The position numbers and the translations under genes are program-made. Shown here in pieces: positions 1 to 8,826 of a stretch of DNA of 32,000 nt; position 1 is the first letter of the stretch; every line of letters begins with the position of its first letter. The notes under the pieces were generated by a model, which did no database searches, had not been told where the DNA came from, and saw nothing but the letters and a program-made list of their open reading frames with translations. This stretch comes from Candidatus Saganbacteria bacterium. Lineage in GTDB: Bacteria; Margulisbacteria; WOR-1; JAKLHX01. The DNA lies in contig JAPLKZ010000004.1 in the NCBI GenBank assembly GCA_026387835.1, positions 92,983-124,982 of the forward strand, read 5' to 3'.

Positions 1-209
1 TGGATTTCCTGGACTAAGAACGAACCGGGGACTGAGTTCATTTTAGCAAGCAGCACGTTGAAAGATTCTTCGCCGCTCTTTTCGTTTGGGATATCCGGTT
101 TGCTCTTCACTAAATTGACTATACTATCCGCCATATTTTTTACTTTGTTCACTGCGGATGAATAATATGCCGCAACCGTCTTTGGACCAACACTTTCTGT
201 TTTTACCAT
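1..209 (-). CDS. hypothetical protein, partial (C-terminal part lies beyond the window start)
   Basis: Absent from the ORF track because it has no stop inside the window. Manual minus-strand translation from ATG 209..207 gives MVKTESVGPKTVAAYYSSAVNKVKNMADSIVNLVKSKPDIPNEKSGEESFNVLLAKMNSVPGSFLVQEI... An AAGAGGA Shine-Dalgarno sits 8 nt upstream. The same frame stays open upstream to 449 (alternative ATGs at 260 and 434), so the start is uncertain. No family recognised. Confidence 0.4.
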   Translation of the reverse strand, partial: MVKTESVGPKTVAAYYSSAVNKVKNMADSIVNLVKSKPDIPNEKSGEESFNVLLAKMNSVPGSFLVQEI

Positions 210-359
210 GGGACAGGTCCTCTTATATTCCTGACTATCTATCGCATCCTTAAGAGACATACTTGCGTGTTTTTGGGCTGTTTCCCTGCCAATATTTTGT
301 TCAGCCCGGCTCCTCAATCTTCTGGTGCCTGTGGCCGATGAGGCTGTACACGCAGGGCG

Positions 360-390
360 ATTATATATAATGTAAGGACCGTCGAGACAA
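360..390 (-). promoter_or_regulatory. candidate sigma70-type promoter for the partial ORF at 1..209
   Basis: Minus strand reads TTGTCT (390..385), a 17-nt spacer, then TATATA (367..362), which overlaps TATAAT (365..360). It lies just downstream of the terminator-like hairpin of the preceding gene. Confidence 0.3.
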
Positions 391-404
391 AAAGCGTTTA
401 ATTG

Positions 405-445
405 AGGGGATTTTAAAATAAATGAGGCTCTCATCAGAGAGCCCC
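405..445 (-). terminator. rho-independent terminator candidate for the 471..1232 gene
   Basis: Minus strand GGGGCTCTC-TGAT-GAGAGCCTC forms a 9-bp stem with one G.U (424-432 pairs with 437-445). It is followed by TCATTTATTTTAAAA and starts about 25 nt after the stop codon at 471. Confidence 0.4.
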
Positions 446-470
446 ATTGTTATTCCTGAAAATTCAGATA

Positions 471-1232
471 CTAGAATTTGATCCCGTATCCGATCTTAAG
501 ATCGAGACCTTTCAATGCCGGCTGGTCAGCAGCGTATTTAAGTCCGCTGTAACCGAGCTCGAAATTGACTATTCCCATTTCCGGGACGTTATAGTTTGCA
601 CCAAGGTATGCTTCCACACCCCAGCTGCCTGTACTGCCACCACTGACTTTCACAGGATAGAGACCGGCACCTCCTACATACCATGTGAGCGGAACGCCCA
701 AAGCCGGCATGAACGGAGTGATATAATAAACGGCGCCGAGCTTCGCGGAAACAACTTTAAAGCTGTCATTCCCGTTAGGATTCGTGCCTGAAAGATAATT
801 GGCTCCTATCCTTACGCTTAAGCCCTGAACAACTGAACCTGACAGATCGTAATCAAGATTGCCTGCAAAGCCGATCAGACCTGCATCAAGCCCGCCGTTG
901 ATATAAAGACCGAGACCTCTGCCTGCTTTTGCAGGAGGAGTTACTATTACAACCGGGGTGGGATTGACTATTATGGTAGCCGGTGTCGGCGCAACCACCT
1001 TCGACGCTTTTAATTTGTTCCAGCGAGCGAGAGTTGCAGCTTTTTCGGCATGTAACTGATTAACTTTTGCCGCGTCTGTGGTTTTCTTGGCCTTGGCAAG
1101 CTTCGCGTCAATTACATTCAGGTAATTCCTGACCGCTTGCGCTTCATCTTCCATGGCAGTACTGCCTAAAGTCACGCTGGCAACGGCTGCCACAAAAACT
1201 AAAGCAACGAAATAAATAACAAAATTCTTCAT
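471..1232 (-). CDS. exported protein with C-terminal outer-membrane beta-barrel-like domain
   Basis: N-terminal signal peptide (MKNFVIYFVALVFVAAVASV). Lys/Ala-rich helical segment, then a Pro-rich linker (APTPATIIVNPTPVVIVTPPAKA). Gly/Tyr-rich alternating beta pattern ending in the ...KIGYGIKF terminal Phe typical of OMPs. Confidence 0.6.
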   Translation of the reverse strand: MKNFVIYFVALVFVAAVASVTLGSTAMEDEAQAVRNYLNVIDAKLAKAKKTTDAAKVNQLHAEKAATLARWNKLKASKVVAPTPATIIVNPTPVVIVTPPAKAGRGLGLYINGGLDAGLIGFAGNLDYDLSGSVVQGLSVRIGANYLSGTNPNGNDSFKVVSAKLGAVYYITPFMPALGVPLTWYVGGAGLYPVKVSGGSTGSWGVEAYLGANYNVPEMGIVNFELGYSGLKYAADQPALKGLDLKIGYGIKF

Positions 1233-1269
1233 TCTTTCTCACCTCCTTTTACATTAGATTTAGACATGT

Positions 1270-1722
1270 TTAATGCTTGTGTCCGCGGCCTTCATTACTA
1301 CGGCCTTGATCATTACGATCTCCATTATTCTGGGACTGCTTTTTCCACTGACCGTAATTAATGGGACGTTCTTTCTTATAGACTTCGCGGTAATTCTTAG
1401 GAACTTTGAACAAATACCCGGGCACATAGTTGCGTTGCACAACGCCCCACGGACCATTATACTGCCTTGCCCTGTACCAGCTATTGCCTCTCGGAGACCA
1501 CCAGTAGCCGTTATAGAAGAAGACGTCATAACTGATGCCCGGCACAAAGTAGATCCCATACTGCGGCATCATGACCACTTGCGGAGGTTCTGACACTACT
1601 ATCGGCGGCGGACCTATATTTATGTTGACATTGACTTCCGCTTGAACCGTTCCCATTGACCCAATGACCATGAACGCGAATACTAAAACAAATCCAAATA
1701 AACCGCAAAGACTTTTTTTCAT
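1270..1722 (-). CDS. exported Tyr/Trp-rich hypothetical protein
   Basis: Signal peptide (MKKSLCGLFGFVLVFAFMVIGSMGTVQA), a PPP/EPP segment, an aromatic-rich core (FFYNGYWWSPRGNSWYRARQYNGPWGVV) and a charged, low-complexity C-terminus. No family recognised with confidence. Confidence 0.55.
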   Translation of the reverse strand: MKKSLCGLFGFVLVFAFMVIGSMGTVQAEVNVNINIGPPPIVVSEPPQVVMMPQYGIYFVPGISYDVFFYNGYWWSPRGNSWYRARQYNGPWGVVQRNYVPGYLFKVPKNYREVYKKERPINYGQWKKQSQNNGDRNDQGRSNEGRGHKH

Positions 1723-1754
1723 GTTTATTTTCCTTTCATTATACTATATTCATA

Positions 1755-2171
1755 TTAGAAATAATAACCCGCCTGCAACTGCAGTCTTCCGGACCTGACT
1801 GCGTCTACGCCGACTTCAAGGAACAAGGGTGTCACATCGAGAAACCGTTCAAAAATAAGGGAAATATAAGGGCCGGCATCTGAATTATTGCCCAGATATC
1901 CCACCAGCCCGCCGCTCAAGAACATCGGATATCTGTTGTTTATATTGCTAAGGAAAAATTTCCCTCCGATAAAGATGATCCCCGGGTTATTTGACGTGCT
2001 GATTTCAGCCCCTAATCTTAACGTTGCGTTATTTGCGGGGCCGCTTTCGAGCATTATCCCCAGCGCCGCGCCGTCCCTTATCCCGCCTATCACTGCGGGC
2101 CTGAATGCCAGACACTGCGATCCAAACAAAAGAACAAACAAAACGGCTGCAAAAACTAGGCTTTTTTTCAT
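1755..2171 (-). CDS. small exported Gly-rich beta-rich protein (OMP-like C-terminus)
   Basis: Signal peptide (MKKSLVFAAVLFVLLFGSQCLA), Gly-rich alternating pattern, C-terminal ...LQLQAGYYF. AGGA Shine-Dalgarno 4 nt before the ATG. Confidence 0.5.
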   Translation of the reverse strand: MKKSLVFAAVLFVLLFGSQCLAFRPAVIGGIRDGAALGIMLESGPANNATLRLGAEISTSNNPGIIFIGGKFFLSNINNRYPMFLSGGLVGYLGNNSDAGPYISLIFERFLDVTPLFLEVGVDAVRSGRLQLQAGYYF

Positions 2172-2229
2172 TTTCCTTTTTCTTTTCCTTTCTTTACCGT
2201 CGGATATTTTTTCATTTCTTATTATTCTT

Positions 2230-2403
2230 TTAGATTCCGGTCTTAACTTTCTTAATTACTGTTTCGTTGGGAAGATAGCCGATCAATGCCTTTTCCACAA
2301 GATTAGTCAAAGTTAAATCCTCAACAACAGCCTGAGCTCTAGCGTGCTTAGCAATGGAAGGGTTAATAAAAAGGGTTAGCCGTTGTTTTTTATTAGTCGT
2401 CAT
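2230..2403 (-). CDS. ribbon-helix-helix (CopG/antitoxin-like) small DNA-binding protein, 57 aa
   Basis: MTTNKKQRLTLFINPSIAKHARAQAVVEDLTLTNLVEKALIGYL fits a beta-strand/helix/helix RHH pattern. I chose the start at ATG 2403 rather than the ORF-track TTG at 2439, because that TTG is part of a TTGACA -35 box. Confidence 0.5.
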   Translation of the reverse strand: MTTNKKQRLTLFINPSIAKHARAQAVVEDLTLTNLVEKALIGYLPNETVIKKVKTGI

Positions 2404-2410
2404 ACTACAT

Positions 2411-2439
2411 ATACTACATCTAGTTGTAGTGGTTGTCAA
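2411..2439 (-). promoter_or_regulatory. sigma70-type promoter driving a leaderless RHH mRNA
   Basis: Minus strand reads TTGACA (2439..2434), a 17-nt spacer, TAGTAT (2416..2411), 7 nt, then ATG (2403). No Shine-Dalgarno. Confidence 0.5.
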
Positions 2440-2460
2440 GCGCTGATTGAAAAACCAAGC

Positions 2461-2757
2461 TTACTTCCGTTTTGAAGAGGCTTTCGGGATTTTTTTATCC
2501 TTTTTTATCAAAGCTAATTTTTTCGTTCTCGACCACCTTTTTATCTGCGCCTCTCTTTTTAAGGCTTTACTGCGGTTTTTGCAAGCTTCATGATAACGGA
2601 TCTTTAAAGCCGGGTTATACGAAGTGTAATGTCCGCCTTTTCCCGTCTTGTGCTCGTTAAACCGCCTTTTGACATCGGTCGTGATGCCGGTATAAAGAGC
2701 TTTATTTTTGCATTCGATGATGTAGAGGAAGTATGGCATTCCTTCTGTATTATTCAA
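2461..2757 (-). CDS. GIY-YIG nuclease family protein (UPF0213/YhbQ-like)
   Basis: PYFLYIIECKNKALYTGITTDVKRRFNEHKTGKGG contains the GIY-YIG-type Y..Y.G.T and R...H/E elements. The TTG start at 2757 overlaps the kdpE stop by 8 nt. An alternative ATG lies at 2739 (MPYFLY...). Confidence 0.8.
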   Translation of the reverse strand: MNNTEGMPYFLYIIECKNKALYTGITTDVKRRFNEHKTGKGGHYTSYNPALKIRYHEACKNRSKALKREAQIKRWSRTKKLALIKKDKKIPKASSKRK

Positions 2758-3433
2758 TACTTAATCTATATCCGACCCCTGGTTCGGTAATGATAATATT
2801 TGATAAAGAATATTTATCCAGCTTCTTTCTGAGCTGCCCAAAATAGATCCTTAAATAATGAGACTGGTTAACAGCATTATTCCCCCATACCTCTTTAAGG
2901 AGATGTTTTTGAGTGACGATACGCCCTTCATTATGCGCAAGTATTTTTAAAAGGTCATATTCTGTTGCGGTAAGCTTAAGCAGTTCTCCGTTTATCCAAA
3001 CACTGCGTGTGCCGAGATCGATCTTTAAGGGGCCGCTTTCAAATACCGGCTCTTTTTTAAGGTTAAGGCTGTGCCGGAGCGCGACCCTCACCCTGACGGA
3101 AAGTTCCTTAGCGCTAAAGGGCTTTGTCAGATAGTCATCTGCTCCGGCGTCAAGAAGCTGCACTTTATCGGAATCGGAACCTTTGACGGTAAGTATTATC
3201 ACAGGCGTTTTCGATCTTTCCCTTATTTTGCCAAGAACATCGATCCCGTCCATATCCGGAAGGCCCAGGTCTAAAATAACGATATCCGGTCTGACGGAAT
3301 CGAACTGTAAAAGACCGTCTTTCCCTGTCTTTGCAAGATAGATAGAGTACCCGTCGGTTGAAAGGCTAACATCCAGAAGCCTGCGGATCGATTTCTCATC
3401 ATCGATTACAAGTATCTTAGCTCCGCTATTCAT
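2750..3433 (-). CDS. kdpE: two-component response regulator KdpE (OmpR family)
   Basis: Receiver domain (KILVIDDE...VILDLGLPDMDG...KP) plus a winged-helix C-terminus (LTATEYDLLKILAHNEGRIVT...VGYRL). Overlaps kdpD by 8 nt and lies at the end of the kdp locus. Confidence 0.9.
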   Translation of the reverse strand: MNSGAKILVIDDEKSIRRLLDVSLSTDGYSIYLAKTGKDGLLQFDSVRPDIVILDLGLPDMDGIDVLGKIRERSKTPVIILTVKGSDSDKVQLLDAGADDYLTKPFSAKELSVRVRVALRHSLNLKKEPVFESGPLKIDLGTRSVWINGELLKLTATEYDLLKILAHNEGRIVTQKHLLKEVWGNNAVNQSHYLRIYFGQLRKKLDKYSLSNIIITEPGVGYRLSIE

Positions 3434-6152
3434 ATTGACCTGCCATCATATCCGGCTGCTTTTCCACAGGCAGAGATATTTTAAATTCAAGGCCCCCGCC
3501 CTTTTTGTTAGCTGAAAATATAAAACCGCCGTGAGCTTCTATAATACTTTTTGTTAGTGTAAGCCCCAAACCTACACCTCCCGCGGGAGAACCTTTCACC
3601 CGGTAGAACTTTTCAAAAATATGCACAAGCTGGTCTTCACTGATACCCGGACCATTATCGGATATTTCAAGAATGAGATCATCATCTTTAAGAAATGATC
3701 TTATTTTTATCTCGGATCCTTCAGGCGTATAGTTGATCGCGTTTATCAATATATTGCTCACGGCCTGTTCGAACAGGTTAAAGTCAAGCATTACAAGCGG
3801 AAGTCCTTCTTTTATTTCTATTGATAGTTTATGACCTTTTAGTTTTTCTCTCAACTGCTTCACCGACACATCAATGATCTCTCCTATGTCGTTCCATTCT
3901 CTTTTAAGGGTAAATGAGCCGGAGTTGATCCTGGACATATCAAGGATGTTCCCGACTACATTATTCAATCTGTCAACAGATTCAAGAAGCTCTTTTATCA
4001 GGTCTTCCCTCACGGTTTTATCCTGATTGATCTTTTCCTCGTTTAAAGCGGATGCTATCCCGCCTATTGAAGTTAGAGGGGTCCTCATTTCGTGCGAGAT
4101 GCTCTCGAGTATCGTCTGCAGCATCTTCTCCGACTTTTCAAGCTCCTGGACTTGTTTTGACCTTTCCCTGAAAAGCTCTTTTTCAAGATATACAGCGATC
4201 TGTTTTGATATTGCCGCTATTAAGTTGGCCTGCTCCTGATTGAGTTTTTCTTCTTTATATGGCCTGTATGCCAGAATACCGACCGTCTCTGAAGGGCCTT
4301 TCAAGGGAATATAGATGGCTTTTGCGGACATCAAAGTTTCAGTGGACCATCCTGCCGGAGTCCCTTTATCAAAAGACCATTTAGCCACGGAGAGCTCCTT
4401 TTTATCTGCGAATACGTCAGCTCTTCCTTCTATAGTTTTGTCAAATTCTTGCATGGCATCCTTAGCAATAATATAAAAATCTCCCGGAAGCATTGTGTTC
4501 ATCTGTTTTTGTATCTCTTCTATGCAGGATCTTTTGTCAGCAGCTCCCGCAATCGTGTAAACGATCTTATAGATCGCGTCATTCCACGAAGACCGGACAA
4601 GAAGCATCTTTTCGTTAGTCCTTACCCTGTATGTCAGAAATCCCGCAACTATCGCAGTGAAGAAAAATGTCAGGTGCATCAGGAGGTCTTCCGGTCTTGA
4701 TATCGAAAGTGTCCCGAACGGCGGTATAAAAAAGAAGTTCCATGTCAGGGCACAGATAAGGGACGCGATCACTATCGGAATAAATGAAACGAACAGGCTG
4801 ATAAATAATACTGCAAGAAGATATATGAACCCTATCGCCCTGTATCCGGTATAGGGGGCTAAGAGCAATGATACTCCGGTCACAAAAGCGACTACCCATA
4901 AGATCATGAAATATTCCATGAATGACGACCGGAAATCAACCTTGAATTTTATAGAGCTGTAACTTGGCTGCGGCGTCTCTCCTGATTCGGTCTTTAAAGG
5001 TATTACGTGCACGGCTATGTTCTTCGTCTCTCGCAGCAGTCTGTTTATCAAAGAACCTCTGATAAAAGATTCAAAATAGTTTTTATCCGAATGGCCCAGG
5101 ACTATTTGCGTTATATGTTTCTGCTTAGCGAACTTCAATATCTCGCCGAATATGCTCCTTCCCATCAACGTAACCGTTTTCGCCCCAAACTGCTCCGCCA
5201 GCGCAAAGTGGTTCTCGGTCTGTTCTTTTTCGCTCTGGCTCCACTTCCCGTAAAATACGTTCTCAAGTTCTACCGCCACGACGAACCAGTCGCATTTGTA
5301 TCTTTTTGCCATTGCGGCACCGCGCCTGATAAGCTTGTTCGAATTGGTCCCCGGACCTATGCAGACCATTATCCTTTCGGTGGTCTGCCAGTTCTCGTTG
5401 ATATTGTGCGCCTGCATGTACTGTTCAAGTTCTTCATCCACTTCCTGTGCTGTCTGCCGGAGAGAGATCTCCCGCAGCGCATTCAGATTACCTTTTCTGA
5501 AGAAGTTCGACAAAGCTTCGTCTATCTTATCGAGCTTGTAAACATCTCCCCGTTTCAACCTGTTGATGAGAGCTTCTATCGTGATGTCGACCGCGACTAT
5601 TTCATCTGCTTTTTCGACGATCTTGTCAGGAATAGTTTCCCGGACGGTGACCCCCGTTATCTGCTTGATCGTATCCACAAGGCTTTCCATATGCTGCACA
5701 TTAAGAGTGGTTATTACGTTTATCCCCGCATCAAGTATTTCCGCGACATCCTCATAGCGTTTTTTATTTTTTGAACCGGGAACATTTGTATGGGCAAGTT
5801 CATCCACAAGAACACTCCGGGGATGCCGTTTGATGATGGCATCTGTATCCATTTCCTCCAGGATTTTTCCCGAATATTCAATCTTTTTTTTAGGGATTAT
5901 TTGAAGTTTACCGATCTGATTTTTCGTGTCCGGCCTGTCATGGGGTTCAAAATAGCCGATAACTATATCTTCTCCGCGAACCAGTCGCCTGTTGCCTTCA
6001 TTGAGCATTGAATAGGTCTTGCCGACCCCCGGAGCGTATCCGATGAATATCTTTAACTTTCCTCTCTGCTCCTCCGGAGGGGTCGCGATCTTTAAAGCTT
6101 CTTCCGGTGTCAGTCTTTTTGAAAAGTCTTCCATATTATTTCTCAAACTCAT
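3426..6152 (-). CDS. kdpD: sensor histidine kinase KdpD
   Basis: 908 aa. KdpD N-terminal domain with GYAPGVGKT, a Usp-like region and a central 4-TM block. HisKA box SHEMRTPL and HATPase motifs (DNGPGI, GGVGLGL). Confidence 0.95.
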   Translation of the reverse strand: MSLRNNMEDFSKRLTPEEALKIATPPEEQRGKLKIFIGYAPGVGKTYSMLNEGNRRLVRGEDIVIGYFEPHDRPDTKNQIGKLQIIPKKKIEYSGKILEEMDTDAIIKRHPRSVLVDELAHTNVPGSKNKKRYEDVAEILDAGINVITTLNVQHMESLVDTIKQITGVTVRETIPDKIVEKADEIVAVDITIEALINRLKRGDVYKLDKIDEALSNFFRKGNLNALREISLRQTAQEVDEELEQYMQAHNINENWQTTERIMVCIGPGTNSNKLIRRGAAMAKRYKCDWFVVAVELENVFYGKWSQSEKEQTENHFALAEQFGAKTVTLMGRSIFGEILKFAKQKHITQIVLGHSDKNYFESFIRGSLINRLLRETKNIAVHVIPLKTESGETPQPSYSSIKFKVDFRSSFMEYFMILWVVAFVTGVSLLLAPYTGYRAIGFIYLLAVLFISLFVSFIPIVIASLICALTWNFFFIPPFGTLSISRPEDLLMHLTFFFTAIVAGFLTYRVRTNEKMLLVRSSWNDAIYKIVYTIAGAADKRSCIEEIQKQMNTMLPGDFYIIAKDAMQEFDKTIEGRADVFADKKELSVAKWSFDKGTPAGWSTETLMSAKAIYIPLKGPSETVGILAYRPYKEEKLNQEQANLIAAISKQIAVYLEKELFRERSKQVQELEKSEKMLQTILESISHEMRTPLTSIGGIASALNEEKINQDKTVREDLIKELLESVDRLNNVVGNILDMSRINSGSFTLKREWNDIGEIIDVSVKQLREKLKGHKLSIEIKEGLPLVMLDFNLFEQAVSNILINAINYTPEGSEIKIRSFLKDDDLILEISDNGPGISEDQLVHIFEKFYRVKGSPAGGVGLGLTLTKSIIEAHGGFIFSANKKGGGLEFKISLPVEKQPDMMAGQYE

Positions 6153-6714
6153 TGTCCAACGTTAAATTGAGCTTCAGGACATTGATCCTTTCTTCACCGA
6201 ACAGATCAAGGTCCCGTTTCTCCGTCATTTTGTTGATCAGCACTATCAGGTCGGCTTTTCTTGAAAGATCAAGCTTTCTTGCCTTTAATATCCTGTCTGT
6301 CTGGAATACCGCCGCAGACACGCTTATATGCGGGTCGAGGCCTGATCCGGAAGCATATAACATATCTGAAGGGATCTCATTTGCCGGTTTTGCAGGGTCT
6401 GCCTTTAAGATCATTTTCTCTCTTTCGGTTATCTGATCTTTTAATTGTTTGCTGGTCGCAGAAAGATTGCTTCCGCCGGATGAGAGCGTATTATAATCTA
6501 CTGCCGACGGCCTCGGCCAGAAATATCTGTCATTATCAAATTTTTGTGCTATCAGATCCGAGCCGACCGTCTTTCCTTTCAATAAAACAAGGCTTCCGTT
6601 GGCTTTATCTTTAAAGAATATCTGCGCCGCGGCAGTGATGATCAAAGGATATATTATTCCCGTTATCACCGCTGTGATCAAAAATAATTTTAAAGCCGCA
6701 ATGAATTGTTTCAT
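6136..6714 (-). CDS. kdpC: K+-transporting ATPase subunit C
   Basis: 192 aa with a single N-terminal TM (LITAVITGIIYPLIITAAAQ). Contains SGGSNL...SGSGLDPHIS, characteristic of KdpC. Sits between kdpB and kdpD. Confidence 0.9.
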   Translation of the reverse strand: MKQFIAALKLFLITAVITGIIYPLIITAAAQIFFKDKANGSLVLLKGKTVGSDLIAQKFDNDRYFWPRPSAVDYNTLSSGGSNLSATSKQLKDQITEREKMILKADPAKPANEIPSDMLYASGSGLDPHISVSAAVFQTDRILKARKLDLSRKADLIVLINKMTEKRDLDLFGEERINVLKLNLTLDNEFEK

Positions 6715-6724
6715 CTTATGCCTT

Positions 6725-8821
6725 TCAAGATATTATCCTGAAAAATACCATCAACATATCTATCAATTTTATCCCGATGAACGGCGCGATCAGGCCTCCG
6801 AGGCCGTATATCTGTATATTGCGCCGCAAAAGCGAGCGCGCGTCCTCGCTGTGATATGATACCCCGCGCAGAGCAAGCGGTATCAAAATGACTATTATTA
6901 TCGCATTGAATATAACCGCGCTGAGTATCGCGCTGTAAGGAGAATGAAGCCGCATGATATTAAGCACAGAGAGCGGCCCTTGCGTCGCGCCTGTTTCGGC
7001 ATACAGCATCCCGAAAATAGCGGGGATTATGGCGAAATATTTCGCAACATCATTGGCGATGCTGAAAGTGGTCAGAGCCCCCCTTGTCATTAAAAGCTGC
7101 TTGCCTATCTCAACGATCTCGATAAGCTTTGTCGGATTACTTTCGAGGTCCACCATGTTGCCCGCTTCTCTCGCTGCCTGTGTCCCTGTGTTCATAGTGA
7201 CCCCTACATCAGCCTGCGCGAGCGCCGGGGCATCGTTCGTTCCGTCACCGGTCATAGCGACAAGACGGCCGCTTGCCTGCTCCTGACGTATCCTGTTCAT
7301 CTTTGATTCAGGGGTTGCCTGCGCGATAAAATCATCGACTCCCGCTTCTGCGGCAATGGCCGCAGCTGTTAATTCGTTATCGCCTGTTATCATCACTGTC
7401 CGTATCCCCATTTTTCTCAGTTCTTTGAAGCGCTCTTTTATCCCGCCCTTGACCACATCTTTTAAATGAATTATCCCGAGGACTTTGTTCCCGTCAGATA
7501 CTGCCAGCGGGGTCCCTCCGCTGCTCCCTATCCTGCTCACTTCTGCCTCAAGTCCGGGCGGGAACTTCCCGTTTATCGACTCGACATATCTTTTTATTGC
7601 GTCGACCGACCCTTTTTTGATCGACCGGTAGACATTTTTATCCCTATCGTGGAAGTCGATGCCGCTCATCTGAGTTGAAGCGGAGAACGGAATAAATGTA
7701 GCTTCGCTGGAATGAAAGCTCTGTGCCCGGAGACCGAACTTGTCTTTTGCGAGTACAACGATCGATCTTCCTTCCGGAGTTTCATCTGCCAGAGAAGAAA
7801 GCTGCGATACTTCGGCCAAAGCCTTTTCCTCTGTCCCGGACGCGGGGATGAACTCTGATGCCATCCTGTTTCCCATAGTTATGGTGCCCGTTTTATCAAG
7901 AAGAAGAACATCTATATCACCCGCTGCTTCCACCGCGCGCCCGCTCTTTGCTATCACGTGGCGCCTGATCAACCTGTCCATTCCCGCTATCCCGATCGCG
8001 CTCAAAAGTCCTCCTATCGTCGTGGGGATAAGACAAACAAGAAGCGATACAAGGATCGGTACTGTCACCAGCAAAGAAAGGTCCTGTCCCGCAGCATTGC
8101 CGCTATAATCCGCAAAAAACTTCAGCGTGACGACGGCAAGGAGAAAAATTATTGTAAGTCCTGCCAGTACGATACTTAAAGCGATCTCATTAGGGGTCCT
8201 CTGCCGTTTTGCTCCCTCTATCAGGGCGATCATCCTGTCTATGAAATTCCCGCCAGGATCGGATGTTATTCTGATAATTATCTTATCGCTTATCACTTTT
8301 GTACCGCCGGTTACTGCGCTGCGGTCCCCTCCGCTTTCCCTGATCACGGGAGCTGATTCACCGGTTATCGCTGATTCATCGACGCTTGCTATCCCCTCGA
8401 TCACTTCACCATCGGAGGGGATAGTACCGTCCGCTTCACAAACGACCACGTCGCCTTTTTTAAGCTGGCTCGCAAGAACCGATGTTTCTTTGCCGTTCGT
8501 CAGAAGTCTCGCGCAGACTTCTTTTCTCGATCGCCGCAGGCTTTCCGCCTGGGCTTTTCCCCGTCCCTCAGCCATAGCTTCGGCAAAGTTTGCAAAAAGC
8601 ACAGTGAACCAGAGCCAGATGCTTATCATAAGTTCGAAGGAGGAGAAAACTCCGTTCACAAAAAGATGCTTGAAGAAATATGCCGATGTAAGTGCGGACG
8701 CTACCATCGTGAGAAACATCACGGGATTGCGCATTTCTTCTTTCGGATTAAGTTTAAGAAAAGAGTCTCTTACCGCCTCAAAAAAGATCTTATTTTGATC
8801 TCCATCAGTCTTTTTTGTCAT
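6725..8821 (-). CDS. kdpB: K+-transporting P-type ATPase subunit B
   Basis: 698 aa with P-type ATPase motifs DKTGTIT, TGDN and [18 protein letters not shown]. Confidence 0.97.
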   Translation of the reverse strand: MTKKTDGDQNKIFFEAVRDSFLKLNPKEEMRNPVMFLTMVASALTSAYFFKHLFVNGVFSSFELMISIWLWFTVLFANFAEAMAEGRGKAQAESLRRSRKEVCARLLTNGKETSVLASQLKKGDVVVCEADGTIPSDGEVIEGIASVDESAITGESAPVIRESGGDRSAVTGGTKVISDKIIIRITSDPGGNFIDRMIALIEGAKRQRTPNEIALSIVLAGLTIIFLLAVVTLKFFADYSGNAAGQDLSLLVTVPILVSLLVCLIPTTIGGLLSAIGIAGMDRLIRRHVIAKSGRAVEAAGDIDVLLLDKTGTITMGNRMASEFIPASGTEEKALAEVSQLSSLADETPEGRSIVVLAKDKFGLRAQSFHSSEATFIPFSASTQMSGIDFHDRDKNVYRSIKKGSVDAIKRYVESINGKFPPGLEAEVSRIGSSGGTPLAVSDGNKVLGIIHLKDVVKGGIKERFKELRKMGIRTVMITGDNELTAAAIAAEAGVDDFIAQATPESKMNRIRQEQASGRLVAMTGDGTNDAPALAQADVGVTMNTGTQAAREAGNMVDLESNPTKLIEIVEIGKQLLMTRGALTTFSIANDVAKYFAIIPAIFGMLYAETGATQGPLSVLNIMRLHSPYSAILSAVIFNAIIIVILIPLALRGVSYHSEDARSLLRRNIQIYGLGGLIAPFIGIKLIDMLMVFFRIIS

Positions 8822-8826
8822 GATGT

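Noticed and set aside
432-434. ATG at 434 as the true start of the edge ORF, which would make it at least 144 aa.
   Set aside because: This ATG sits in the loop of the terminator-like hairpin and has no Shine-Dalgarno. The ATG at 209 has AAGAGGA at good spacing. The longer frame is kept as an open alternative in the findings.
430-437. CUGAUGAG on the minus strand, the hammerhead ribozyme core box.
   Set aside because: It is simply the loop and 3' arm of the terminator-like hairpin. No GAAA box, stem III or cleavage-site context is present.
2230-2403. The RHH gene as part of a canonical type II toxin-antitoxin pair.
   Set aside because: No toxin-like ORF follows it. The next gene is an exported protein 58 nt downstream. 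Only the speculative upstream GIY-YIG pairing remains, and it is reported as a low-interest finding.
5007-5774. Long antisense ORFs opposite real genes. Examples: 5007..5774 (255 aa, opposite kdpD), 8127..8798 (opposite kdpB), 13850..14476, 20013..20684, 23634..24554 (306 aa, opposite the histidine kinase), 25473..26060 and 26836..27408.
   Set aside because: Each lies fully inside a gene with clear family motifs on the other strand. Their translations are low-complexity (Ser/Leu/Arg/Phe-rich) with no recognisable domains. They are typical shadow ORFs produced by codon bias.
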